A stretch of 64,000 nucleotides of DNA from positions 1,199-65,198 of the IMG/VR virus record IMGVR_UViG_3300024999_000097. The stretch is one strand, 5' to 3'. Positions 46,197 to 55,522 of the stretch are shown here, piece after piece (position 1 is the first letter of the stretch; each line of letters begins with the position of its first letter). The stretch is from a virus (lineage: Duplodnaviria > Caudoviricetes). The position numbers and the translations under genes were made by a program. The notes beneath the pieces are model-generated. The model was not told the origin of the DNA, did not search any database, and was given only the letters and a program-made list of their open reading frames with translations.

Positions 46197-48881
46197 ATCG
46201 ACTTACATCGCCATGATGAATATAGTAATTTTGATGGATATGGTAAAGCAACTACCTTAGCTAAAATAGCCAAAGAAAAAGGCTATGAAGCTTTAGGTAT
46301 TGCTAACCATGGTAATAGTAATGGATTAGTTGAACATTACTTTGCTTGTAAAGAAAATGGTATAAAACCAGTAATGGGTGTTGAGGTTTATTTTCAACCG
46401 GTATTTAATAAAGATAAACCAACATACCATTTATGCTTATTTATTAAAAATCTTAAAGGTTATGAAAACCTTAATAGGATAATAACAATAGCTAATTCAG
46501 ATTATTTTTACTATAAACCTATAGTTACTTTTGAATTGCTTGAAGATTATAATGAGGGTATAATTTGTTCTTCTGCTTGTGTTGGTGGTTTAATTCCCCA
46601 ACTTATAGCTAACAATAAAAAAGAACTTGCTATAAAAGCAACTAAAAAGTTTGTAAATATTTACGGTAAAGACTTCTACTTTGAAATACAACCTTATAAA
46701 CTTTTTGATTCACCTGGGCTTCAAGAAAAAGTAAATATAGGTTTGATAAAGTTAAGTGAAAAGTACGACGTCCCTTGTGTATTAACTTCTGATTCACATT
46801 ATGGTAATAAAGAAGACTTCCCCAGTTATCTCAAGATGCATGAAATAGCAGGTAGAACTGGGGAAGCTCTTGATAAAATAAAGCTAACCTATAGTGAAAG
46901 ATACATGCCAGAGTTAACTGAGATGCCCTCTAGGTTTAAACAAATGCACCCAACCTATAAACATATGGTAAAAGAATTTAAGTTCAATATAGAGGGTCTG
47001 GTGAACTCTATAGATGATGATATACTTGAACTTTTACCCTTACAGATACCTAAGTTTATTGAGGGTGTTGATAGTGGTAAGTTATTAAAGGATGAACTTG
47101 TTAAAGGTTTAAAAGCTAAAGGCAAATATAATAAAAAGTATCTCGCCCAAGTTAAAGAAGAATATGATGTTATTTTACATCATGGTTTTGAAGATTATTT
47201 CTTAATAGTACAAGACTATGTAAAGTGGGCTAAAGATAATGATATTGCTGTAGGTCCTGGTAGAGGCTCTGTCTGCAATAGTATAGTAGCTTATGCATTG
47301 GATATTACCAATGTTGATCCTATATATTTTAACTTAGATTTTAAAAGGTTTTTGCGGAAAGATAAGAAAAAACTGCCAGATATTGATCTAGATTTTGAAA
47401 CAGCTAGAAGACCAGAAGTAATAAAGTACATAATAGATAAGTATCCAGGAAGGGCTGTTCAAATCTGTTCATATGGTCTTTATAAAGTTGATAACTTGAT
47501 AAACGATCTTTGTAAAACTTGTAGTATAAAAGATTCTGGTGAAAAAGCTAACTTAAAAACTTTAGTTAACAAACATGTAATAGAAGGTGTGCTTCAATAT
47601 GAAGACCTTATAGCTACACCTGAAGCTAGATACTATAATAAAACATATGATAATGTTATAAATCACTTTAGTAACCTATTTAAGCAAGTAAGGTTTATTG
47701 GTACACATGCTGCTGGTGTAGCTATCGTAGCTGATGATATTATCAAATATACAGCTATACAAAAGCGGAAAGATAACTTTAGTAGTTCATATGACCTTGC
47801 AAACTTGGAAAAAATTAATGCTATTAAGTTTGATATTTTAGGTTTAAAAACAATGTCCGAAATAAAGGAACTTGAAGTATTAACCGGTGAAATTCTTGAC
47901 TATTCATGGTTTGAAGATAAAGAGTTATTATCTGCTTTTGGTGCAGGTAATACTGTGGGGATATTCCAGTTTGAAAAAGCAGCAGCAAGGAGTATCCTAA
48001 CAGAAATGGATGCAGATTGTATGGAAGATGTAATTGCTGCAAGTGCTTTAAATAGACCTGGTCCTTTGTCATTAAAAATGCCTGAACTTTATGCTGAAAA
48101 TAAAAAAGATTCGTCCCATATGCAGGATAGTAAATATTGGGAGTATACAAAGGAAACATATGGTACAATAGTTTACCAAGAACAAATCATGGCTATATGT
48201 CGTAATATTGGTGAAATGGAATATGAAGATATAGACAAAGTCATGAAGATGTTAAAGGGTAGTTCTATTGTTGAATCTGTTTTAAAGAAAAGGGAAGCGG
48301 AAGAAAAAGATCTGCGTGATAAATTCAAAAAGGGTGCTAAGAACCATGGCATAAATAGTAAAGAAGCAGATGACCTTTTTGATAAAATGCTTGTATATTC
48401 TTTCAATAAAGGACATGCTACCGGTTATGGTATTATTAGTGTCCAAAATATGCATTACAAAATAAATCATCCTTTAGAGTTCTGGTTCATGAAAATGAAG
48501 TATGCTCCAACCGAACAAGACTTAGGTAGATTTAGAGCTAATGCTGTACAAAGTGATTGTTTACTAATGCTTCCTCATGTTAACTTTACAGCTAATTTTT
48601 CAATAGGTAAAATGGAAGGTGAAAAGGTTATCAGGGAAGGTCTATGTAGTATTAAGAACGTAGGTCTTAAGGCAGCTGAGGTTATCGAGAAGGAACGGTT
48701 AAAGAATGGTAGATATAAAACCATTGATGAATTTATAAGTAGGGTTCCTAAGCGTTCAGTAAACTCTAGGGTAATTAATTCTTTAATAGAACATGGTGCT
48801 TTAGAGTTTGACAAAAAGGTTTATATGAAGCGTGTAATAAAATATAATAGTGCTTTATACATGAGGGGGATGGGAAAATAG
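46197..48881 (+). CDS. dnaE: DNA polymerase III alpha subunit (DnaE-like, PHP domain); non-canonical start
   Basis: DLHRHDEYS..DG (upstream of the track start), GVE, SDSHY, GPGRGS, PDIDLD, HAAG, KFDILGL, YQEQ, YSFNKGH. Confidence 0.9.
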   Translation: MDLHRHDEYSNFDGYGKATTLAKIAKEKGYEALGIANHGNSNGLVEHYFACKENGIKPVMGVEVYFQPVFNKDKPTYHLCLFIKNLKGYENLNRIITIANSDYFYYKPIVTFELLEDYNEGIICSSACVGGLIPQLIANNKKELAIKATKKFVNIYGKDFYFEIQPYKLFDSPGLQEKVNIGLIKLSEKYDVPCVLTSDSHYGNKEDFPSYLKMHEIAGRTGEALDKIKLTYSERYMPELTEMPSRFKQMHPTYKHMVKEFKFNIEGLVNSIDDDILELLPLQIPKFIEGVDSGKLLKDELVKGLKAKGKYNKKYLAQVKEEYDVILHHGFEDYFLIVQDYVKWAKDNDIAVGPGRGSVCNSIVAYALDITNVDPIYFNLDFKRFLRKDKKKLPDIDLDFETARRPEVIKYIIDKYPGRAVQICSYGLYKVDNLINDLCKTCSIKDSGEKANLKTLVNKHVIEGVLQYEDLIATPEARYYNKTYDNVINHFSNLFKQVRFIGTHAAGVAIVADDIIKYTAIQKRKDNFSSSYDLANLEKINAIKFDILGLKTMSEIKELEVLTGEILDYSWFEDKELLSAFGAGNTVGIFQFEKAAARSILTEMDADCMEDVIAASALNRPGPLSLKMPELYAENKKDSSHMQDSKYWEYTKETYGTIVYQEQIMAICRNIGEMEYEDIDKVMKMLKGSSIVESVLKKREAEEKDLRDKFKKGAKNHGINSKEADDLFDKMLVYSFNKGHATGYGIISVQNMHYKINHPLEFWFMKMKYAPTEQDLGRFRANAVQSDCLLMLPHVNFTANFSIGKMEGEKVIREGLCSIKNVGLKAAEVIEKERLKNGRYKTIDEFISRVPKRSVNSRVINSLIEHGALEFDKKVYMKRVIKYNSALYMRGMGK

Positions 48882-49114
48882 TGGCTACCAATATAGTACT
48901 TCCTTGTGGTCAAAGTGGTATAGATATTTGTTGTTATAATGATTGTGAAAAGTATTGGGGTAATCCAGAGGAAATCAATAAATGCTATAATTCTTACAAA
49001 CGTGCTAAGAAAAAGGCAGGTAAAGTTGCAGCTAAATCTATTAAAATGGACAAGATAGATAAAGAAGTTTTAAAAATATATGCAAAAGTTATTTACAACA
49101 AGAATCCTTTGTGA
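48881..49114 (+). CDS. Small Cys-rich hypothetical protein
   Basis: ORF track, coupled to polymerase stop. Confidence 0.5.
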   Translation: MATNIVLPCGQSGIDICCYNDCEKYWGNPEEINKCYNSYKRAKKKAGKVAAKSIKMDKIDKEVLKIYAKVIYNKNPL

Positions 49115-49120
49115 TATAAT
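49092..49120 (+). promoter_or_regulatory. SigmaA-type promoter (repeated family)
   Basis: TTTACA-17-TATAAT with TG extension. Confidence 0.8.
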
Positions 49121-49158
49121 AACTTCAGTAGGAAAATAGTACTCTAGAGGAGGAATAT

Positions 49159-49455
49159 TTGATGAAAATTTGGACAGTTGATGAAATTAAGGAAAACTTA
49201 CAAAAAAGTCAAGCTTGGTTAGAAAGAGCTGTGTTGGCTATTTATGATAAGCAAACTGCTATTGAGAAAAGTGTCAAAGATACAAGGGAAAACAATGGTG
49301 TAGGTTTTAATGGGGTAGATGCTAAGTATCTGAGTTGGGTTGCAGATTATCTTAAATCAGGTAGACATCTATCTGGAAAGCATATCGATAAAGTATTAAA
49401 GAAAATGTTAAAGTATTCAAATCAGTTAACAAAGATTGCAAATGGAGAAATTTAA
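49159..49455 (+). CDS. Phage hypothetical protein in promoter-terminator cassette
   Basis: QT..E..NGVGFNGVDA..L..KY..QL; terminator aaccctc-ttat-gagggtt at 49454. Confidence 0.7.
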   Translation: MMKIWTVDEIKENLQKSQAWLERAVLAIYDKQTAIEKSVKDTRENNGVGFNGVDAKYLSWVADYLKSGRHLSGKHIDKVLKKMLKYSNQLTKIANGEI

Positions 49456-49498
49456 CCCTCTTATGAGGGTTTTATTTATTTAGGAAGGGTGTACAAGT

Positions 49499-50434
49499 TT
49501 GGCGAAAACTAATAAAGCAAAAATAATGCAGCTTTGTAAGCAAATAGACCAAAAGGAAGGCGAAGGCAGTATATTTTCATTAGGTTCTAAGAACTCTATC
49601 CTTAAAATACCACGTTGGTCAACTGGTATAGAGGATTTAGATCATATACTTGGTGGAGGTATGCCTGAAGGCCGTATAATAGAAATATTTGGTCCTGAGT
49701 CTAGTGGTAAGACTTCCCTTGGTTACCATTTAATGTCCTTACATGAGCTTGGTTTAAATATACCTATTGAAGGTACATTTGATGCTAACAGGGCTAAACA
49801 GTTTGGTAATAGACCCAAACAAATGTTAGTTTATAGAGCTAAATATGGTGAACAAGCTTTAAACAGAACTATGAAGTTTGCCGAAGCTGGTATTCCTCTA
49901 ATTGTTATTGATAGTGTTCCAGCATTAAAACCTAAAGAAGATATAGAAAAGCTTAAGAAAAATGTTAACAATGATAAAGAGGAACAAGACCGTATGGGTG
50001 GTGTAGCTAGATTATTACATCGTTATACTCCTATGCTTGAAGAAGTAGTTGAATTTAGTGGTACAACAGTTATATTTATCAATCAAGTCAGAGACAAAAT
50101 GGATGCAATGCTATTTGGTGAAAAAACTGATACACCTGGTGGTAGAGCTTTAAAGTTTTATAGTAGTATTAGAATGCAAGTAGCTAGAAGAGCATGGATT
50201 GAAATACCTAATACTGACCCAAGAAATTCTGCTAAAACAGAAAAAGTTGGAATGATAATGAAGGTTAAGGTAATTAAATCCAAAGTCTGTAATCCAATGG
50301 GTGAAGCAGAACTTCCTATGTTCTTTAAACATAATTTTGTAAGCTTTGATGATATACCGGTATTAAGGAAGCAACTTATGGCTGAAAGTAGGAAAAAGTC
50401 TAGTGATGGAGATGGTGAAGATGGCGATGATTAG
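49499..50434 (+). CDS. recA: RecA-like recombinase
   Basis: GGG.PEGRIIEIFGPESSGKT, VIDSV, FINQVR, TPGGRALKFYSS.R. Confidence 0.95.
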   Translation: MAKTNKAKIMQLCKQIDQKEGEGSIFSLGSKNSILKIPRWSTGIEDLDHILGGGMPEGRIIEIFGPESSGKTSLGYHLMSLHELGLNIPIEGTFDANRAKQFGNRPKQMLVYRAKYGEQALNRTMKFAEAGIPLIVIDSVPALKPKEDIEKLKKNVNNDKEEQDRMGGVARLLHRYTPMLEEVVEFSGTTVIFINQVRDKMDAMLFGEKTDTPGGRALKFYSSIRMQVARRAWIEIPNTDPRNSAKTEKVGMIMKVKVIKSKVCNPMGEAELPMFFKHNFVSFDDIPVLRKQLMAESRKKSSDGDGEDGDD

Positions 50435-50834
50435 GCCTAGTAAAGATGCTTACTACTTTGCTATAGCAAAAACTGTAAGTATAAGAAGTACATGTATAAG
50501 AAGGCAATATGGTGCAGTTATTGTCAAAGATGATGAAGTAATAGCTACAGGTTATAATGGTTCACCTAGGGGTGAAGTTAACTGCTGTGATGTTGGACGT
50601 TGTTTCCGTATTGATAATAATGTTCCTAGGGGTACTAATTATGAAACTTGTAAAAGTATCCATGCTGAACAAAATGCTATAATCTCAGCCAGCCGTAAGG
50701 ACATGTTTGGTGGTATAATGTATATATATTGCTTTGATGTTGCTCTTGGTCAACCAGTAACACCTGAACCATGCCCTATTTGTCAACGTTTAATTAAAAA
50801 TGCAGGACTTGAGGTAAAATTATGTCCATGTTAA
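50427..50834 (+). CDS. dCMP deaminase
   Basis: RSTC.RR..GAVIV, GYNG, HAEQNA, PCPIC. Confidence 0.9.
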   Translation: MIRPSKDAYYFAIAKTVSIRSTCIRRQYGAVIVKDDEVIATGYNGSPRGEVNCCDVGRCFRIDNNVPRGTNYETCKSIHAEQNAIISASRKDMFGGIMYIYCFDVALGQPVTPEPCPICQRLIKNAGLEVKLCPC

Positions 50835-51640
50835 AAGATGCTATAAAGAAAGAACTAAAAGGTATTAAGATTGGTAGTAGTTTAGCTGATAAACTAGTAA
50901 TAGAACAGACATTAAACAAATTATTCTACCTACCAGCTAAACCTAAGGAAGAACTTGAAATGATAAAAGCTCAATATAAGCAAAAACAAGGTGACCGTTA
51001 TGGCCTTCATGCTTCTGCTATGCTAGCTTCTACTAATGAATTCTGTTACAGAGAACAAGTGCTTAGCTTATTCTTTAAACAATCACAGGGTGAAAACATT
51101 TCAATAGGTTTAAAACGTATATTCGAGGAAGGTAACTTTATAGGAGAAAAATGGCAACGTTTATTTATCCGTGGTGGATTAGGTACTCCACTTGATATGG
51201 ACCATAGCTTATTTAAAGATGAATATGACCTTAGCTATACTCCTGACGCTATAATTACTATAGGTAAAAAGAAGTTTATAGTAGAAATAAAATCCCAAAA
51301 TACATTTACGTATAAAAAGTCTGAAACACATCCTTCCGGTATGAAGCAGCTTAAATTCTATATGTACCTAACTGGCATACATAATGGGTTCGTATTAGTA
51401 GAAGATAAAAATGACCAAAACTATAAAGTACTATTAGCTGACTATGATGCTGCTGAAATGGAAGAATATATTGAAAGGTTAGAGAATATTCAAATCTATA
51501 AAAGGAAGTTTAGGAAGCTTAAAAAACCTCCTATGAGGATATGTAAAATTCCTAGTTGTAAAAGGGCTTTAAAATGCAATATGCTTGATGCCTGCTTTAA
51601 TATAGGAGAAGGTAGGGTTAGGTTAACTAAGGATGTTTAA
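50822..51640 (+). CDS. Cas4-like PD-(D/E)xK exonuclease
   Basis: C.R, TPDA..VEIKS, QL..YM, C-terminal Cys cluster. Confidence 0.8.
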   Translation: MSMLKDAIKKELKGIKIGSSLADKLVIEQTLNKLFYLPAKPKEELEMIKAQYKQKQGDRYGLHASAMLASTNEFCYREQVLSLFFKQSQGENISIGLKRIFEEGNFIGEKWQRLFIRGGLGTPLDMDHSLFKDEYDLSYTPDAIITIGKKKFIVEIKSQNTFTYKKSETHPSGMKQLKFYMYLTGIHNGFVLVEDKNDQNYKVLLADYDAAEMEEYIERLENIQIYKRKFRKLKKPPMRICKIPSCKRALKCNMLDACFNIGEGRVRLTKDV

Positions 51641-51723
51641 GAGCGGTTAAGAAGTTTTAGGTATACTTTTTATATTTTCTGTATATGATATTGCATAGCA
51701 CTTTAATTAAGGAGGTCTATGCA

Positions 51724-51945
51724 ATGTCTATACCTAAAGGTAAACTTAAACGTAAAGCTGTATTCTTTACAACAGTTGATAAAGATATTTTTGTTTTGGC
51801 AGAATCTAAGCCTAACTTTTCTGATTGGGTTAAAGCTAAGCTAAGGGATGAACTATTTGTTGATATGTTACTTATAGAACAGCAGCAACAAACAGAATAT
51901 AAGGAACCAGTCAAACAAAAGATAGTATGGAATTTCCCCAACTAA
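51724..51945 (+). CDS. Ribbon-helix-helix-like protein
   Basis: RKAVFF..D....NFSDWVK..L. Confidence 0.55.
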   Translation: MSIPKGKLKRKAVFFTTVDKDIFVLAESKPNFSDWVKAKLRDELFVDMLLIEQQQQTEYKEPVKQKIVWNFPN

Positions 51946-51956
51946 GGTACCCTATA

Positions 51957-52039
51957 GTTAACTAGGATAGCTTTTCCTAATACTTATTTAATTATATGGT
52001 AGTTTATATATGTATTTTGTTCTTGGCCATCCTAGTAAC
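51957..52039. repeat. Inverted pair of GGCCATCCTAGTAAC-family motif
   Basis: gttaactaggatagc (51957-51971) / ggccatcctagtaac (52025-52039). Confidence 0.75.
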
Positions 52040-52065
52040 TTCTAAGGTATATGCTAAAATAACTG

Positions 52066-52094
52066 TTTACTTTGCTTCTACTATTTGATATAAT
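52066..52094 (+). promoter_or_regulatory. SigmaA-type promoter (repeated family)
   Basis: TTTACT-17-TATAAT with TG extension. Confidence 0.75.
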
Positions 52095-52121
52095 GGTTTT
52101 AGTAGGGAGGAGGTGTACAGT

Positions 52122-52301
52122 TTGATAATAAGTAAATCTAGTCCACAAGGTAATATATTTGCAATAATAGCCTTAGCAAAGCAACTTCTTGAAGTTGAAG
52201 CCGGTAGGAAGATGCAAAATGAAGTACAGCAGCAAAGGTCTTACGAAGATGCTTTAAAGGTTATTAAGAAATATGTACCTGAAATTAGTTTTATAGACTA
52301 A
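52122..52301 (+). CDS. Small phage protein
   Basis: GNIFAII..SYEDAL..I..YV; GGAGGTG RBS before TTG. Confidence 0.65.
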   Translation: MIISKSSPQGNIFAIIALAKQLLEVEAGRKMQNEVQQQRSYEDALKVIKKYVPEISFID

Positions 52302-52323
52302 AACTTAAGGAGGAATTTATATA

Positions 52324-52539
52324 ATGACTAAAATAGTAAAGTTAAACTTAACTAAAGGTGACATGATAGTATTATCAAAACAAGGTGCAGTTAAATACCC
52401 TGAATATGAAAATGTTCCAATGTTTGTTAAACTCGTTACAACTTTAAGGGTTTATGTAAATGACTTGTTTGGCAATTCACTTTGGTTAGTTCTTTCTAAA
52501 AAAGATGTTAATCCATACTATGAAGGTCAGGAGTTGTAG
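52324..52539 (+). CDS. Hypothetical protein
   Basis: AAGGAGG RBS. Confidence 0.6.
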   Translation: MTKIVKLNLTKGDMIVLSKQGAVKYPEYENVPMFVKLVTTLRVYVNDLFGNSLWLVLSKKDVNPYYEGQEL

Positions 52540-52542
52540 AAG

Positions 52543-52743
52543 TTGAAGTGGTATAAAGAGTGTCCAAGGCTAGGTACAATTAGGACAAAAACTTCATTTT
52601 TGTTTTTACCAAAAACAATAGATGGTGTTACAAAATGGCTTGAAAAAGCAATATGGGAAGAATGTTTTATACTTACTTCTCATATTCCTATATTTAAAAG
52701 TTCAGAAAAACCAGTATGGGTTCCTATAAAATGGAAGGAGTAG
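52543..52743 (+). CDS. Hypothetical protein
   Basis: FLFLPKTI....WLE.A.W. Confidence 0.6.
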   Translation: MKWYKECPRLGTIRTKTSFLFLPKTIDGVTKWLEKAIWEECFILTSHIPIFKSSEKPVWVPIKWKE

Positions 52744-52830
52744 TAGTAATGATTATTAAGGTAATATTTATAGTAACAGCTACTTTAGCAATCATTAACT
52801 TAATCTTATATAGAAAGAAGGTTAAATAGT

Positions 52831-53070
52831 ATGGTAGTAGCATTTAAAGTGTATTCTATGAAGTTTCCTACAATGAAATTAACCGCCGATGAAGCTGGCC
52901 TAATCTTAGGTATATCCGATGCTAGTGTACGACAGTACATCCGCAAAGGTAGACTTAAAGCTATTAAAATAGGTACCCTCAGAACTTCACCATATCTAAT
53001 TGATTTTCATGAAATTATGAAATTTATGAAAGTTCTAAGGTTTAAAAGGAAACATGGGTTAATAAAATAA
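52831..53070 (+). CDS. Excisionase/MerR-like HTH DNA-binding protein
   Basis: LT..EA..ILGIS..SVRQYIRKGRLKA.K. Confidence 0.8.
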   Translation: MVVAFKVYSMKFPTMKLTADEAGLILGISDASVRQYIRKGRLKAIKIGTLRTSPYLIDFHEIMKFMKVLRFKRKHGLIK

Positions 53071-53095
53071 TTAGATGCTAGGAGGCAGATTTTAA

Positions 53096-53245
53096 ATGAT
53101 AGTAGTTACATGTCCAGTTTGTGGATCAAATGATATTGACCTTGATGATAGTTATGATTTAGATACTGATAGTTGTATATACTTTAAATGCAATCATTGC
53201 GATGCTATATTTGATAAAAGTAATGCAGATTATGAGAATATTTAA
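53096..53245 (+). CDS. Small acidic Zn-ribbon protein (49 aa, not in ORF track)
   Basis: CPVCGS...CNHC, AGGAGG RBS. Confidence 0.65.
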   Translation: MIVVTCPVCGSNDIDLDDSYDLDTDSCIYFKCNHCDAIFDKSNADYENI

Positions 53246-53290
53246 TAACCCTCTTCTTTAATAACCCTCTTCTGGAGGGTTTATTTTATT
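53241..53290 (+). terminator. Terminator with 16-bp tandem duplication of left arm
   Basis: tttaataaccctcttc x2 then tggagggttttatt. Confidence 0.75.
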
Positions 53291-53303
53291 TTAGGAGGTA
53301 TAT

Positions 53304-53495
53304 ATGAATACTATCCGTCACTGCCCTGAATGGTCTATTAAAGATAACTACCAACCTAAACCTATGGAAAAGATCATACTTAAATGTTGTGGCACTTGTA
53401 AATATTATTGCCAATTCCATTTATCTGATTGCTGCATTAATCCTAAATATCTTACTGCTCCTAAATATCTAACATGCTCATGCAAACAACAGTAG
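53304..53495 (+). CDS. Cys-rich hypothetical protein
   Basis: AGGAGG RBS, CCGTCKY..C. Confidence 0.55.
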   Translation: MNTIRHCPEWSIKDNYQPKPMEKIILKCCGTCKYYCQFHLSDCCINPKYLTAPKYLTCSCKQQ

Positions 53496-54322
53496 TAAAC
53501 ATATATAATAGCTCATATGACATTTATATAGGTAGGGGTAGTATTTGGGGTAACCCTTTTTACATAGGCATTCATGGTGATAGGGAAGAAGTAATAGACC
53601 TATATCGTCAATATATATTAGGTAACCTACTCCTCTTAAGTCAAATAAAACTACTAAAAGGTAAAATACTAGGATGCCACTGTAAACCAAACAATTGCCA
53701 TGGTGATGTCTTAGTAGATCTATCGAATGGAGTATTGAAAATGTATAAAAAACTAATCATAGGAATAGACCAAAGTTATACCCGTACCGGTATATCAATT
53801 GCCGTTGATGGTAGATTAATAAAGGTAACTAGTATACCCTTCAGAGGTCTCAGGTTTAAATCTGAGAAACGTAAACACATCTCCCATATATTATCCCATA
53901 TTCTAGCTCTTAACGTTCAGAAGGCCACTGAGGTTATGGTCATATGTGAACGTATACGTACATTTAGTACATCTAGCCAAGGGGGTAGTAGTAAGGAAAA
54001 TAAGGCTTTTATCAGTACTAATTACATAAAATCAACCGGTGCTTTAATTGGAGTAATAGTAGATGCAGCTTTTGAATATGGAATAGAAGTATATTCTGCT
54101 GATACTAGGGCTTGGAAATCTTCTGTAGTTGGAAGTACAAAAGCTATAAAAGGGGATAAAAAGCTTGCTACGGTAAAATTTGTAATTTCGAAAGGCTTTG
54201 GTGGGAGCATAACTTCTAAAAATAAAAAAGGTAAAATAGTCTATGATAATGATGCTGCAGATAGTGCTGCAATGGCTTTATACGGATTTAAGAAGGATTG
54301 TAAGTTAAAGTTAGAACAGTAG
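53480..54322 (+). CDS. DUF4326 domain fused in frame to RuvC-like Holliday junction resolvase
   Basis: YIGRGS.WGNPF..LGCHCKP..CHGDVL; IGIDQS..TG..E..WKS..DNDAADS. Confidence 0.8.
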   Translation: MQTTVVNIYNSSYDIYIGRGSIWGNPFYIGIHGDREEVIDLYRQYILGNLLLLSQIKLLKGKILGCHCKPNNCHGDVLVDLSNGVLKMYKKLIIGIDQSYTRTGISIAVDGRLIKVTSIPFRGLRFKSEKRKHISHILSHILALNVQKATEVMVICERIRTFSTSSQGGSSKENKAFISTNYIKSTGALIGVIVDAAFEYGIEVYSADTRAWKSSVVGSTKAIKGDKKLATVKFVISKGFGGSITSKNKKGKIVYDNDAADSAAMALYGFKKDCKLKLEQ

Positions 54323-54529
54323 GACTTTTTGATACTTTTACACACAAAAAGCTACTTTGTTTAAATCGTATTTAGAAGCTTCCTATTATATATCAGCCTA
54401 TTCTAACTTCGTAAAACCAATAGATTAAAACCTTAGCATAAAAAAGTCGTTAACCCCTTTATATATAGTATATCTATAATAGTATTATAATAGTAGTATA
54501 TATTGTATAAATATTTTATGTATAAACTA

Positions 54530-54558
54530 TTTACAAATTTATGTAGTTGTAGTATAAT
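54530..54558 (+). promoter_or_regulatory. SigmaA-type promoter (repeated family)
   Basis: TTTACA-17-TATAAT. Confidence 0.75.
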
Positions 54559-54599
54559 ATTCATGTGGGGAAAATAGTTCCTAAGAAGGAGGAGTTTAA

Positions 54600-55382
54600 A
54601 TGGCAGTTGAATATAAGAAGCAACACTTCAATAGTTTGGGTGAGTTTTATAAGTTTGTAAGTGAAACAAAAGAAAATCTAGTTTTTATGGGTAAACCTTT
54701 ATCATCAAAAACTAGGGATAAAAAATTTACTGGTACAAAAAGTTTTGAAGAAGCAGTTGAGCTAATGAAAAATGGTTGGGATGAAGGTGCTAAAAACTTA
54801 GAAGGTAAATTGCAAGCTAAGTTAAAAACACTGAAACCTAAAACAACACAACGTAGTAAATATGATGTAGTTGGTGGTAATTGCTCAGTACCGAGATATT
54901 TACAGGGTGTACCAACTAACATGGTAAATAAAAAACCTGTAGTACAGAAAACTAAAGTAGTAACAATTAATAAAAGTATAGCATATAATGCTTTTGTAAC
55001 AACTGAGCAAATCATCGAAGAAAGTATCAAAGCTTTAATAATAGTATATGAAATTGAAGCAGCAGGAACTAGGGTAAACTTAAATATTATTGTTGAATCT
55101 AGGGAAGGAAATGAAATCGCAGCTTTTACTGTAAGAATTAAAAGTGCAAATGAACGATTAAATGTTTCAAAACTTGCTTTTCCTTTGGTTCATCCTAGTA
55201 TGTTACGCAGGTTAAGTTTTAGATGGTTGGAAGTTTCACCTTTAGTAACAAATCCTAGTTTTAATTATGGTTATGGTAGTGCAGTTGATGAAAAAGAATC
55301 AAGGCAATATTTACCGAAAGGTGAGATTCTTCTACCAGCTTTTATTCCTGATGTTGATAAAGTAATAAAACAGTTTGCATAG
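54600..55382 (+). CDS. vWA-like partner of MoxR/CobS-type ATPase
   Basis: DVVG..VPRYL.G.P.NM, IK...E, AF.L.HPSMLRR..F, GYG. Confidence 0.7.
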   Translation: MAVEYKKQHFNSLGEFYKFVSETKENLVFMGKPLSSKTRDKKFTGTKSFEEAVELMKNGWDEGAKNLEGKLQAKLKTLKPKTTQRSKYDVVGGNCSVPRYLQGVPTNMVNKKPVVQKTKVVTINKSIAYNAFVTTEQIIEESIKALIIVYEIEAAGTRVNLNIIVESREGNEIAAFTVRIKSANERLNVSKLAFPLVHPSMLRRLSFRWLEVSPLVTNPSFNYGYGSAVDEKESRQYLPKGEILLPAFIPDVDKVIKQFA

Positions 55383-55393
55383 TAAAAAACCGG

Positions 55394-55475
55394 TTAGAGG
55401 CTAAACAAAAGCCTCTAATTTATTTTGTAGAAATTTCTACAAAAGTATGTACAAATTCTACAGATGTGATATAAT
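55394..55475 (+). promoter_or_regulatory. Terminator, 22-bp palindrome and promoter
   Basis: ttagaggct/agcctctaa; ttttgtagaaatttctacaaaa (55423-55444); TGTACA-16-TATAAT. Confidence 0.75.
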
Positions 55476-55522
55476 ATCTTCAGTGGAAAATTTAGTTCTT
55501 GAGAAAAGAAGGAGGATGTTAA

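Noticed and set aside
46197-48881. Intron, intein or stop-codon recoding explaining the short polymerase ORF call
   Set aside because: The frame is continuous; only the start codon is atypical, and all core genes are intact under code 11
50822-51640. Cas4-like gene as a sign of CRISPR-Cas
   Set aside because: No repeat-spacer array or other cas genes seen; stand-alone Cas4-like nucleases are common beside phage RecA
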